Positions 12,582 to 25,951 of a DNA stretch of 64,000 nucleotides are shown piece after piece. Source of the DNA: Rhizophagus irregularis. Lineage: Eukaryota. The stretch is from positions 4,774,001 through 4,838,000 of the forward strand of contig NC_089432.1 of assembly GCF_026210795.1 (NCBI RefSeq), in the 5' to 3' direction. How positions within the stretch are numbered: the stretch's first letter is position 1; every line of letters starts with the position of its first letter. Under the pieces are notes generated by a model. The model made no database searches. It had not been told where the DNA came from and saw only the letters and a program-made list of their open reading frames with translations. The position numbers and the translations under genes are program-made.

Positions 12582-13446
12582 CATATAAAACATATACCAT
12601 AAAAGGAGATTTTTTTTGAAAAAGGAAATCATTTATTACACCAAATGATCCAGCAGTTCGGTAAACAATATGAAAAAATACACTTTAAGGTGGCACAAAA
12701 TTTTAACAGACCGTCCTTTATTATAGTATGTTAATTAATAAACGATTTTACTTAATAAAATTAATAACTTTACAAACATAATGTATATAAATATAAATAT
12801 TTTTTTAGACTATTAATTATTTGTCAGAAGTTCCCACCATTTGTTAAACGTTCGCTTTTTAATAATTATATAATTTTTTGGCTAAAAACTGAAAGTATAT
12901 TACTTCCACGAGAATTTTGGTAAAGTAATAGTAAATATTATTTTGGCGGGTAAAGCCATGTTGTAGTGACATAGGTATATGCAAAGTATTCAAACGAAAT
13001 TTTTGAACACAATTTATAATAAAAAAAAATACTAGTAATATTTGTTTACATGAAAATTTAAAATTTTCGCTTTATATATAAAATATGTTGCTAAATACTA
13101 CCATCTATTCTTCATATATACAATTATTTTATAAAGGTAGTGCTTAAGAATATGAATTAACTATTTAAGCAAATTTGATTGTTTAGAAAAAGATAGATTC
13201 TAGATTCTCATGAATTTTGTAGTCCTAGAATGACATTTTATTTCAAAAGTAAAAGGATGTATTTTTAATAAATTTAATAATCTTTCTCATAGAATTTATT
13301 ATTATTATTAATATTAAGTCTATATTTATTATACTCTAGAATATTATACTAACTATTTAATAAATGAATAGAAAAAAAAATAATGTAACAAAACTACAAC
13401 AAATTTAAATAACTTTGTAAAAAAAAAAGAATTTATTATAAATTAT

Positions 13447-15881
13447 TTACTTTTTTTGAAGTATTTCTAATTTATTTTGTGCATCCGGGTTTCCTTGACT
13501 GGCAGATTTTTCATACCAACGAATTGCTTCGTTCATATCTTTTGTAATTCCTCTTCCATGTTCATATATATCTGCAAGATTATATTGTGCCAACATATTT
13601 CCTGAATTTGCTGATTTTCGATATAATTCAATTGCTTTTCGCTTATCAACTTTAGTTCCAATACCATTATAATAACAATATCCTAACATTGCTATTCCAC
13701 CTAAATATTCTCCTTCAGCTGATCGCTTATACAATTCAAAAGCTTTATTATAGTCTTTTTCAACACCATATCCATCTTTATAACATCTACCTAAATTATG
13801 CATTGCTACTATATTTCCATTATTTGAAGCTTTTTCATACCAATATAAAGACTTTCTTAAATCTTGTTTAATACCTAGTATTCCATTTTCATAAAAATAT
13901 CCAATTAATACTTGACCCATAGCTGATTCTTTATTAGCCACTTTTTCATAAAATATAAAAGCTTTTTTTATATCTTTTTTAGTTCCATATCCATATTGAT
14001 AACATTCACTAACAAAAAATTGTGCTAATAAGTGATCTTTTTCTGATGCATTAATAAATAAGTTAAATGCTTTCTTATTATCTTTATTTTTTTCAATTCC
14101 AAAGTAATTAAAATATCCAAGTAAAAAAATGGAATTTGAAGTATTTTGATTATTTAATAACCAATTATAAAATTTTTTTGATTTAGTATTGGAATTATTA
14201 AAATATTCAATAACTTTCTCTTTTACTAATTTTGCTTCAATTCCTTTATTTAATGATTTAAAAATTAAATCATTTGTTTCATCAACAGTTACGTTAAAAT
14301 TTCTTTCGATTGAAATTTTCTCTGGTTTATTTGACTCTACTATAGTATCAATTTCTTTTATATTATTTAAATCAAAATTTTGAATAAATTGAGATAATTC
14401 TCCTTGTGAATTTTGTGATTCTGACTTATTGACACTTGAAATGGAACGTGATTTAAAAAATTTTGAATTTTGTGATTCTGACTTATTGACACTTGAAATG
14501 GAACGTGATTTAAAATCTTTTGAGTTTTGTGATTCTAACTTATTAACTCTTGAAATGGAACGTGATTTAAAATCTTTTGAGTTTGGTGATTCTGACTTAT
14601 TGACTCTTGAAATGGAACGTGATTTTGAGTTTTTGCCCGATAATCGAGGATTTTCTGTTTTCGTAATTATTGCTTTTAACAAATCAACTACTTCATTTAT
14701 GGTTGGACGATTATCTGGTTCACCATCCCAACATTCTAAAAAATAAATATAATTTAATATTAGCTAAAATAATATTTTAAATCATAATTAAATTTAAAAT
14801 TTTACTTACTGGTATAAATACTTTCATATTTTACAAGTGTGCCAGGGACAACAGTTTCTCTTTGACCTCGAAAAATGTTCAAAGCCAGGCAAATATCATA
14901 ACTTTTATCTTCAACATAAAAAGGAGGTTTTCCACTGGATATTTCCCATAATAATACGCCAACACTGTAAACATCACTTTTTTCATTTAATGAAGACATT
15001 TGTGATGGGTTATTGCCAAAGATTTTCGGATCAATATAAGGAACACTTCCAAATAATTTAGATTGAATATTGGATGATGCTCCAATTCTTTTTGACAATC
15101 CAAAATCTGCTAATTTGATTGTGTTGTTACGGACTAATATATTACCGGAGTGCTATTTAAAAAAATATATATATTAAATTAAGTAATGCAAAGTATAATA
15201 ATTTATTGACCATTAAATAATGTTAAAATATTTTACCAAATCACGATGCACTATTTCTTCACCATGTAAGCATGATACGGCACAAGATAACTGGTACGCC
15301 ATATTATATTTGTCATCCCAAGTGAGGTTACTAAAGTTTTTTTTCAAATAACTTCGAAGACTACCACCATCGGCGTATTCCATCACTAATAAATAATTAT
15401 GATTATTTTCTAAATAAATAAAATAAAAAAATCATTAAAATGAATTTTTACAATTAAAAGAATAATATATTTATTAAAGTAACTATATAATACCTGACTC
15501 AAGTTTTGATATTCCAAGGCAACGAATAATATTATCATGAAAGTCAACTTCACGTTGATTTTTTAACTAAATAAAATTGAAATTTTTCGAAATAAATATT
15601 TTGAGTTTAAAATCATGGACGAAAAAAAAAAAAGGTATTATACGCTAAATTACCTCACGAACGATTTCTTCCATAGTGACGTTATCAAGAACAAAAAAAG
15701 ATTTTATCGCCAATGGTTTTTCTAAATCTTTCCAATTAGCACGATATACTTTTCCAAAACCTCCGGCACCAATTTGTTCAATATTCTTAAATTCTTTGTA
15801 TTCGTAAAATTTTATAAGTTTATTGTCGACAGCTTCCTCAATCCAAGTAGTCGATTCATTAATATTTTTTGTACCAGACAT
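13447..15881 (-). CDS. TKL-type protein kinase fused to C-terminal Sel1-like repeats (5 exons)
   Basis: Exons 15881-15654, 15566-15494, 15409-15237, 15152-14810 and 14735-13447 splice in frame with GT-AG introns. Kinase motifs are GAGGFGKV, AIK, HRDLHSGN, DFG and SDVYSVG. Sel1 repeats are of the type AQYNLADIYEHGRGITKDMNEAIRWYEKSASQG. Confidence 0.93.
14408..14635 (-). repeat. Coding 57-bp tandem repeat x4 (19-aa unit KSRSISRVNKSESPNSKDF)
   Basis: gaaatggaacgtgattt recurs every 57 nt in the kinase-Sel1 linker. Confidence 0.95.
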
Positions 15882-15981
15882 ATTTAATAATAAAATTCGA
15901 CAGAAAAGTTTTTAAAAACAATAAAATTGAACGGTCAAAGTTGTAAAATTTATTGAGTATGTTAAAAAAGAAAACTGAAAG

Positions 15982-16266
15982 AGGAACAATTTAAATAACC
16001 CTTTTATAACAGATTTTTCCAATTATCGTCACAAACAAATAAAAAAGAAACTGATAGGAACAACGAAATAACCTATTTGTAATAAAATTTCTCCATGAAC
16101 AAGAAATGAATATCCCCTTTGTGACAGATTTGTTATTGTCACGAACAAGGGAAAAAGGAGGAACAACGAAAATAATCCTTTGTAACACATTTCTCTGATT
16201 ATTTTCGCAAACAAGGAAGGAGGAACAATAATAATAACCCTTTGTAACAGAATATCGTCGCACAAC
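15982..16266. repeat. Degenerate ~60-100-bp tandem repeat in the upstream region of the kinase-Sel1 gene
   Basis: Units of the form aggaacaa...aataaccctttgtaacagattt start at about 15982, 16056, 16159 and 16221. Confidence 0.75.
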
Positions 16267-17221
16267 TTTCCTGTCTATCATTAGCCGCAGTACCGCAGTA
16301 ATGACAAACTACCATTAATACGAGGCCCATCAAAGATGGAACCGCCACGCCTTTTAATTTCCAGAAGCCGTTTGGCTCAGCCTTGTTGACTAAACTATTA
16401 AAGTGGAATCCTAAAGGTAAGGTAAGAAAAATAAAAAAAAATTCATCCTATTAACTATTACTTGTTTATCTTTCGCCAAAAGTGCCACACGTAAATGTTG
16501 CCAGGTATGGAGGCGCCAGGTGTGTATAGGGATTACCGCTTTATTATTAAGTTTTATAAAAGGCTAAAGAAGTATGATGCTGCTACTTTGATAATATCAA
16601 GCACAATATCAAGCGACGCGACGATCGCGACGTTTCCTAAAAGTGTGATCAACGATCAGCAAATTTCCAACACGTGACATTTAACCATACGTCAAATATC
16701 CCTTATGACAGATCAGTTTGAATCTTCGCTAGCGAATTTGAGATGAAAACCTGAGAATCGTTATATCGAAAGCTGAAAATTTATTCTGATCAGACATTTC
16801 GAATCCTACGTTGTTGGGTGTTATGGAGGTTATATTTTCCATTTGGATGACTTTCTTTCAAGCGGTTGCCTGATTCTATAATGTTTTTATTCGGTAATCA
16901 TATAATGTTATCTCACAAATTAATGCAATGAAGTGTTTTTAAAATAGTCGTAAGAAATAAAATCCAAGGCGACCTATAAAAAAATTGGATACGTTTTTTA
17001 TATGGTTTTTATACGATTTTTTGTCCTTAGAAATAACGTATCATAATAGGATACGGAAAAATGCACAATTCCGTATCACTAAAAATACGGAATTCATATG
17101 GAATTTACATGATTTGATCACTGATTTTATCACGAAATTTATACGATTTGGTCACTGAATTTACTATTTGTATTACAGTTTACTATAATTATATTTACAT
17201 AAATCTAATTTTACTTTATTA

Positions 17222-17613
17222 TTGCTGTTTTCTAATTACTGTGATCTAACATTATTTAATAAAAAAAAAAATTTTTGAGAAAATATGTGAAAATAAAAAT
17301 TTTATTGCATTTTCAAATAAAGGAGGTATGATTATAAGCTGAAAATTACAATTTTAAGAAAAAATTTTCAATTTTTAAATAAGTTTACTTATAAGTAACT
17401 TTTTAAATTTTGTGTAACAAATCGTTTTTTAAAAAGTTATTTATAAGCAAACTTATTTAAAAATTGAAAATTTTTTCTTAAAATTATAATTTTAGTTTAT
17501 AATCAAACCTCCTTTATTTGAAAATGCAATAAAATTTTTATTTTCACATATTTTCTCAAAAATTTTTTTTTTTTATTAAATAATGTTAGATCACAGTAAT
17601 TAGAAAACAGCAA
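17222..17613. mobile_element. Palindromic MITE with TA target-site duplication (Tc1/mariner-type)
   Basis: About 185-bp near-perfect inverted arms (ttgctgttttctaattactgtgatctaac... / ...gttagatcacagtaattagaaaacagcaa) flanked by TA. The empty site ctttat-TA-aattaaat is present in the partner arm near 22027-22042 (reverse complement). Confidence 0.88.
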
Positions 17614-19087
17614 TAAATTAAATAAAAAATAAAAAATAAACAAAATACAAATACATTATGAAAATTCCCTCCTTATTAAGGCCACCTATTGCAACCAAAA
17701 TTATCTATAAGTTCAGGTTCATTTGGAGTCAAACAACCTAAAAGAACAAAAAAAAAGATTGGAAACAAAACCCCCCCTCATATAGTATCTGCAATCGTCC
17801 AAGTCACCAAAGGTCAGCATTCCTACAAAAAAAGAAAGAGAACTCCAGAATGTCTGACCTACATAAAAGAAAAGAATTATGAGGCGTCTAATGAAAAAGA
17901 AACCAAAACAACAAAATAAATCCAAAACTGACCTACAAAAAAAGAAGACTCTGAAGCAACAAAACTGAAACAACCTACAAGAAGAAAAGAATCTGAACCC
18001 AACTTACAAAAAAAAAAAAAAAAGAAAATTTGAACTGACCTAAAAAAAGAAAAAAAATCCTGAACAATCCTACAAAAAGGAAAGGACTCCCAAACTGATC
18101 TACAAAAAAACTGAATCTTCTCACAAAAAAAAATCTGCTGGCGGGACCAATGATTTTGTTTAAATAGAAAAATTTAGTATTATAATGTAATACTAAGTAA
18201 ATTAAAGATGGTTACAGTAGTTTTTGTTTATAATTAGAATTTAATATGATAATAATTAGTCAACAAAAAATAATAAAATGATATGTATACATTATGTTCC
18301 CTATAAGAAATCTGTATATGGAATGGATACGTTTTGTATACATTTTATGTACGTTTCTATAGATTCCGTATACAAATTCCGTATATTTAATAAGAAATTC
18401 ATTTTTGAACATTTTTTTAAAAAACTAACGTATACGAAATGTATACGGAAAAAATTAATAATGTGGGAATGTATACGGAATTTTTAAACTTAATATTTTA
18501 GAAAATAATTTTACAATCATCCCGTATCATAACACGTGATCACGTGATTGTTTATTGTTTTGTTATGGTACGTTTTTTTGTTTTTAAAACACTAAAAGAT
18601 TTGTTGGTTGCCGATCGTACTAAAATAGAAAAGCTTGATTTGAAAAGTATTTATATAATCAGCAAATCAATACCAAAGATGGGGGATCAGCATCTTAAAA
18701 TGGAAATCACTCAAAAACTAATCTTATGTTAACGTTAAGTTAACGTTAACCTATCATGACATGTCAATCATTTCAAGTCATAACAATAACGTGACGCTCC
18801 ACCCACCCACCCATAGGGTGATATTGCACTTATATAGAATGATCTTTCTTGCTTAATAATTATGGGATAAAATTTTTAGCAAATCATGTGAAAACTAAAT
18901 AATTTTTTTGTTAGCCAAAAATGATCAACAACCGGATGACAAATTTTAATATTATGTAAATAAACAATTTGTTTGTATTATTACTTATTTAAATATAGAT
19001 ACATTTTTTTTTTATTTTGAACAAAAAAATAAACAATAATCAAATGGTAAATTTTCATTATCGTCGTCATTACATTATCGTTATAAT

Positions 19088-20166
19088 TAAAGTTGCCTGC
19101 CGAAATTAGGGAGTTTCGGCATGTCAAAATTGTCAAAACTATTTTGACATGTCAAAATTGTCGAAACCTAAAAATATTACATTTCACGTAATAATTCGAC
19201 GTCCAATGATCGTAGAAAGATGCACCATAGCTCGTTGGAATCGTCTCATAACGACGAGTCGAATGGTAGTTAAATCGTCTTTCTACGATCACTGGATGCC
19301 GAGATAATAGACGAAACGTCAAACGGCGCAGTAGCGCAAAATACAAAATGCCGATTTTTGACGTTTCGCTTAATATCTCGGCATCCAATGATTGTAGAAA
19401 GATGCACCATAGCTCGTTGGAATCGTCTCATAACGACAAGTCAAATGGTGGTTAGATCGTCTTTCTACGATCACTGGATGCCGAGATATTGAGCGAAATG
19501 TCAAAAATCGGCATTTTGTATTTTGCGCTACTGCGCCGTTTGACGTTTCGTCTATTATCTCGGCATCCAATGATCGTAGAAAGATGATTTAACCGCCATT
19601 CGACTCGTCGTTATGAGACGATTCCAACGAGCTATGGTGCATCTTTCTACGATCATTGGATGCCGAGTTATTAAGTGAAACGTCAAATGGCGCAGTATCG
19701 CAAAATACAAAATGCTGATTTTTGACGTTTCGCTCAATATCTCGGCATCCAGTGATCGTAGAAAGACGATCTAACCACCATTCGACTCGTCGTTATGAGA
19801 CGATTCCAACGAGCTATGGTGCATCTTTCTACGATCATTGGATGCCGAGTTATTAAGTGAAACGTCAAATGGCGCAGTATCGCAAAATACAAAATGCTGA
19901 TTTTTGACGTTTCGCTCAATATCTCGGCATCCAGTGATCGTAGAAAGACGATCTAACCACCATTCGACTCGTCGTTACGAGACGATCCCAACGAGCTATG
20001 GTGCATCTTTCTACGATCATTGGATGCCGAGTTATTACGTGAAACGTAATATGTTTGGGTTTCGACAATTTTGACATGTCGAAACTATTTCGGCATTTCG
20101 GCATTTCTACAGGTTTTAGTTTCGACATTTCGACAATAGCCTGTAGAGTTTTGGCAGGCAACTTTA
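19088..20166. mobile_element. Non-autonomous hAT-type foldback element
   Basis: TIR TAAAGTTGCCTGCC at both ends and a perfect 8-bp TSD GTTATAAT (19080-19087 and 20167-20174). The interior is ~182-bp units, two in one orientation and three inverted. Confidence 0.93.
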
Positions 20167-20842
20167 GTTATAATGCTATCATGAAAATTTTTTCAGGGTA
20201 GTAATTCTAAAAATGATTAACAATCAGATAATAAAATTGTTGTTTATTATAATGTTATCATAAAATTTTTTTTTTCTCAACAATTGGATGATAAAATTAA
20301 ATAAATGTTATATCAAGTAATTTTTTATTTTGAAACAAAACAATAAACAACAACTAAATGGTAAAATTTCATTATCATTGCCTTATTATTATGATATTCA
20401 GTTATCATAATTTTCCAGAACTAAAAATGATCAGCAATCGGATAGTAGAATTGTTTTATTACAATATAATCGTGAAAAATTTTTTTCCAGAGCCGTAATT
20501 CCAAAAATGATGATAGTAAATATTAAATAAATGCTTTATCAAGTAATAAACAATCTTTCTGTATTGTTATTTAAAGTTAATCACATATTCTGATATATAT
20601 ATTTTTTTATTTTTAAACCAAAAAATAAACAACAATCAAGATAATTAACCTTAAAATGATTAACAAGTGAAATAACTAAGCCAAAAATGATTAACAAGCA
20701 AAATAAACCGAAAATGATCATCCTTTACCAAATGAGAAAAAAATTATGTTAATAGCTAGTTAAGAGTAATTTCTCATTTTTTTTTATAGATATGTTAAAT
20801 ATAATCAAAAATTTTGCAAATAAAGTGAAAGTTATAGTTTGG

Positions 20843-20873
20843 CTAGAAAAGCCCGGCGAGCGAAGCGAGCCAA
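20843..20873 (-). mobile_element. Possible Helitron-like terminus
   Basis: The minus strand reads ggctcgcttcgctcgcc-gggctttt-CTAG. The expected T after CTAG is absent. Confidence 0.3.
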
Positions 20874-23800
20874 ATGAAATTGCATCATCATAATAAATCA
20901 CATGAATATTTAATACACAATCACATGATCTACCAGTAATTTTTCCACCAGTTAAAATTTAGAAATTCTCTTTAAATCTTAAAAACTATTTATCATAATT
21001 ATGATCCTGTATGGTAGTATAAACCAACTTAATTAAAAAAAAGTCAGAATTATTACAGTTCTAATTATACTATGACTATAGCTCCCTGCCATGTTTAATG
21101 TTAACTTGTTTATATAAACCCTTAACAATTACTTTGATCTTCCTTTTTATCTTTCCTTTCTTTTGTCTTTTGTTATTTTGTTTTTTTTTTTTATTTTAAA
21201 AAATTTTTCAGATTTTTTTTTCGTCACTCTCCTTTAAAAAATTTGTTTTCATCACTATCCTTTTAAAAAAAAATTTTTTTCGTCACTCCTTTAAAAAAAT
21301 TTTTTTTTGACTTTATTCTTTTATTCCCCACTCACCACCCTTTCCTTTTTTTTAAAAAAAAAATTTTCTTTTTATTCTTTATAAAAAATTTTTTATTTTT
21401 CTAACTTTGACATCCTCCCTTTTTTTTTAAAAAAATTTTTTTAACTCGTCACCCCTCTTTTTAAAGAAAAATATTTTTTTGATTTGTTCATTCACCACTC
21501 ACTACCCTTTCTTTTTTATTTATATTATCTCTTTTTTTTCATAGGCCAACAGGTTTTTTTTGAAAGTTTCTTTTTTCTTTTTTTTGTAAATTAGTTTGGG
21601 ATTCCTTTTCTTTTTGTAGGATGGTACAGGATTTTTTTCTTTTTTAGGTCAGTTCAAATTTTCTTTTTTCTTTGTAAGTTTGGTTCAGATTCTGGATTTT
21701 TTTCTTGTAAGTTGTTTTGGTTTCTTTTCATCAGACGTTTTATGATTCTTTTCTTTTATGTAGGTCAGACATTTTGGAGTTCTTTTTCTTTTTTGTAGGA
21801 ATACTGACCCTTGGTGACTTGGACGATTGCAGATACTATATGAGGGTGTTTTGGTTTCCGGTTAAGTTAAACATTCTCATGTTTCTTTTTTCTTTTTAGG
21901 TTTTTTGACTCTGAATGAATCTGAACATATTATAGATAATTTAGGTTGCAATAGGTGGTTTTGATAAGGAAGGGAATTTTAATAATGTATTTAATATATT
22001 TGTATTTGTTTAATTTTTAATTTATATTTAATTTAATAAAGTAGAATTAAATTTATGTAAATACAACTATAATAAACTGTAATATAATGGTAAATTCAGT
22101 AATAAAATCGTATAAATTTCATGATAAAATCAGTGATCAAATCATGTAAATTCCATACGAATCCCGTGTAAATTCCGTATCCAAACCATATTTTTAGTGA
22201 TACGGAATTGTGCATTTTTCCGTATCCTTTCATGATACGTTATTTCTAAGGAAAAAAAATCGTATAAAAACTTTATAAAAAACGTATCCGATTTTTTTAT
22301 AGGGGTTTATAATATTAGAATGATATAAATTATATTTACAATAATATATTAATGATTTGATGTTTGAATGTAGAATGAAATTAAAGAATTGTCAATAATT
22401 TTGTTTCATCACATATTTTTGTATATTAGATTGAATAAATTACACTTTGTCATTATTTTAAGCGTGATTTTTCAAAATTAAATTATATATTAGGCTTGTA
22501 AAAAATGAAAAAAATGCTAATATTTTAACTAAAATTTTTATTTTTTTCCTTATGGTAATTAATTAATAAAAAAAAGGTCGTGATCGCGAAATTTATTGGA
22601 TGCAAAATTTTCAAAGGAAGGCATTGAATGCCTTCCTTATGCTAATTAATTAAAAAAGAGGTCGCGATTGTGAAATTTATTGGATAGAAATCATGAGAAA
22701 ATTTTCAAAGGAAGTACAAACTAGTCAAATAAACAAATAATTAATAATACTAATAATTCATCCTCATTTGCGTTATTTTAAGTGTCGTCTTCCATCACTC
22801 CTTTTCATTTTTATTGATCATTGTAATTTACTTATCTTTTTTATTTATTGTTATTGTTTGTATCACTTCATTGAGGTGATTTTTTCTTTAAAATCGTAAA
22901 TGTGTGACTTAAATTTTAATATTTGCAAATAAAATTTCATTAAATAAGATTATTTTGAATAAAGATGTTTGCAAAAAATTTGTTTAAGGAATATCTTTTG
23001 CGGTAAAAATTTTATGTTTAACCGATCAAAAATTAGCTAAGTTAAAAAAATCAGCCGTCAGCCGATTAATAAATTTACTCTATATTTTGTACATCATGTG
23101 ACATATTTGGAAAAAAACCCAGGCGACGTCTAGCAATCCCTCAAAAAATTTAGTTAAGGTATTTAAAAAATTGTATCATTAAAAATGTTTATGGTGAAAC
23201 AAATTATACTTATATATATTTATTATTAAAAAAAAATAATAATTAATTTGTTAAAACGTGTCCATACGATAACGAGATTTTTATAAAATTAATGTATGAC
23301 GTTAATTAATAATGTATTACAAATAAAATGACATCGATTTGAAGAATGTTAGTTACATTCTTAAAATGAAAAAAAAAGATTCCACACCCTGAATAATACT
23401 CACTTACACAAGAGTCAAAAACCAATCCCTATAAAAAAATCCAAAAAAAAGATGTTATTTATGTTTTTAAACTAAAAAAAATCTCTCCTATAAGTTATCT
23501 TTAGGTTTTATTCGGCGTTTTTAACTATTTAAGTTTCCCCTCTTCACGTGAAATTATCATTTAAAGTCTCTGATTTTGAAAATGCCCTTTCTTTGAAATC
23601 GTTGTTGGGTTGTCAAATACACAACACAGAAATAATCTGCGATCACATGACATATCCAATCAAATACGTGATTTTTATATATTGAAACGAAAAAAATCTT
23701 TTTCAAAAATTTATTAAGCCTTAAAAATTAAACACTCAATTTATAATAATTAGTAATATATATATGATTTAAATATAAAATTAAATATAATATTAAAAAC

Positions 23801-24021
23801 ATTGAGTCGTATTAAAACATGAAAGAAATTATAAAATAAATAAAATTCTTTGCAATATATTTTATTTAAACATAGTTTCACCATAGTTCATTCAGTAAAA
23901 AATAATATTAAATAACGCCAATAAAAAATGCACAAAGTTAAAACAATTTTCACTAATAAAAGAACAAACAACAAAAGAAATAAATTATGCAAGAGATTGT
24001 TATTAAAAACTGAAGAATAAT

Positions 24022-25556
24022 GTGAAAATATATAAATATAGGATGAAACTCCACTTTCAAAATAATAGTAATATGCAGCAAGTAATGGTGAAAAACGTTG
24101 TTATCATAAGGAAAAAACAATGTGAAATTTGTGTAGATTGGTTTAAGGCTGGAAAATCAAACAGTCATTTTAGGAGACCATGTAAAGGAAAAGGAAAAAT
24201 GGAAGTAAAGATTGAAAAATGTAGAAATTGTAACAGAGAAATATCAAAGTCAAATTTTAAAAGACACAGAAAAATATGTGAAAAATTTAATATCAAAGAA
24301 AAGGATACCCAAATATTACATTTGTATACACTGACAATAATGCATAAATACATGAAAATGATGGAAATAAAAAGGAGACAAACAAAAAGGTGGTTAAAGA
24401 ATATTGAACTTGAATCAATTCCACCAACACAAATGTATCAACATTTGCCAGAAGAATAGGAGAAATAATAGAAGAACAAAACCTATAAATGAAAACTTAT
24501 AAAAAGGATTAAATTCAGACCAAATCAAAAATTAATTATTTAAAATAATTAAATCCTACCTTAAAATAGTAAAAACCTTGATTCTTTTATTCTTTTTCTT
24601 GGGATGAAAAAGAATAACACTAATCAAATCTGATGGAATCAGACGATCTGAAATCATGTGAGATTAAAATCACATAACAAAAAGAAAGAGGTAAAATAAT
24701 TCTGGAAAATTGGGAAAATTAATGAAAATTTTTAAGAAAAGACCTAAAAGAAATCCAGTACAAAAATACCATGAAAATTTCCAAATGAAGTGACAATTGT
24801 GAGGAAATAAAGTGATAATTACAAAAATATCACATGACAACATCAAAAAAGTCATGAAAATTCGAAATAATCACAAACCAAATTTGAAAATCAAAATCCT
24901 AATGAAAAATAACTGCAAACAAGAGGAAGAAAATAATTAAAGAAATTATAAGAAGAAAATATTACAAGACAAGCAATGAAATGAAATAAATTAATTTCTG
25001 GAAAAAAAAATTAAAAGGAAGATAAAACCATTGAATTATATTTGAAGCAAAATTCTAAGCTGTTAAAAAGGCACAACAATCAATTAATAAATGATCAGCA
25101 AAAATGTTGAAATAACATGACCGATGGGAAAATCAACAAAGTGCAAAAGATAAACCAATGGAAATTCAGAATTGAAAATATTAATGGATTAAAAAAATAT
25201 TTTGACGATAATGTCAGAAAAATCATATACCTATAGTAGGGAGGGATAAGATTTCAAATTAAATAATTAATTAGAAATTACTAAATAAGGAAAGAAGAAG
25301 GTAGATCATCACCAAATAAGAAATTTTGGAAATACAAAGTAACACAAAGAGATGCAGTAGATTATGTGATGAACCACAGCCACAGGAGGAGAATATTTGA
25401 CCAACCGCAGTAGAAAATATTTGATAAGACACAGCAAAGTCAAGTGACAATGCATGCTTGATTTAGTGGTATAATTTGTACCTACTACTTCAAGACATGA
25501 GTTTGATTCTTATGGAAATAATTTGTGAGGTCACAAATTTCCATGCAGGGGAGAGT
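24022..25556 (+). mobile_element. Decayed 3' internal region of an LTR retrotransposon, including an ORF with two C2HC-like zinc-finger motifs
   Basis: ORF 24022-24459 contains CEIC-x11-H-x4-C and CRNC-x11-H-x3-C. K/E-rich broken frames follow and end in a polypurine tract AGGGGAGAG (25547-25555) just before TGTAATG. Confidence 0.5.
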
Positions 25557-25951
25557 TGTAATGCTGTAACTTACCTAGTAAATTTAATAATTGTGAGGTG
25601 CAGTACTATAGTATATAAATTTTTAGTTTAAAAATTGTATTTTCAATTAGTCCACAAAGATGTTAAACTACGAATCATATGATGCATTGATAATTGGTCC
25701 GCAAAGACGTTAAACTACGAATCATATGAACAAAGGATAATTGGTCCACAATGATATTAAATTAGTAGATCATTAAATCAGATAATTCAGAATATCAGGT
25801 GATTAATTTGTAGATCATGACGTTAATGATGAAATAATTTGGTTTCACAATTAAGGGGTCAACTTATGATGATTATTGTGGGGTAAAGTATCGAATTTAT
25901 GGAAATTATTATTTTAAGAATTTGTGGGAAATATTATTTTAAGTCATTACA
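25557..25951 (+). mobile_element. Putative 3' LTR (~395 bp)
   Basis: Begins TGTAATG right after the PPT and ends CATTACA (7-bp inverted termini). It contains a TATA-like gtatataaat and an internal ~47-bp tandem repeat. No 5' LTR is visible in the window. Confidence 0.55.

Larger units (their letters stand above)
16972..22304. mobile_element. Large inverted-repeat structure with (C)CCTATAAAAAAAT termini: one non-autonomous DNA transposon with long TIRs, or two inverted copies of one family
   Basis: 16973-18141 (excluding an inserted MITE) aligns with the reverse complement of 21545-22304, e.g. ggatacggaaaaatgcacaattccgtatcactaaaaat. Subterminal ATACG motifs are present. No clear TSD. Confidence 0.8.

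Noticed and set aside
14429..14746. Plus-strand repetitive ORF
   Set aside because: Antisense shadow of the 57-bp coding repeat.
19152..20161. Five similar ORFs from the ORF track
   Set aside because: They are translations of the 182-bp units of a non-autonomous hAT element, with no protein features.
19088..20166. CRISPR-like array
   Set aside because: Eukaryotic context, no unique spacers, units are long and inverted, and no cas genes.
22548..22712. Short ~85-bp direct duplication
   Set aside because: Real but unremarkable local duplication with no further structure.
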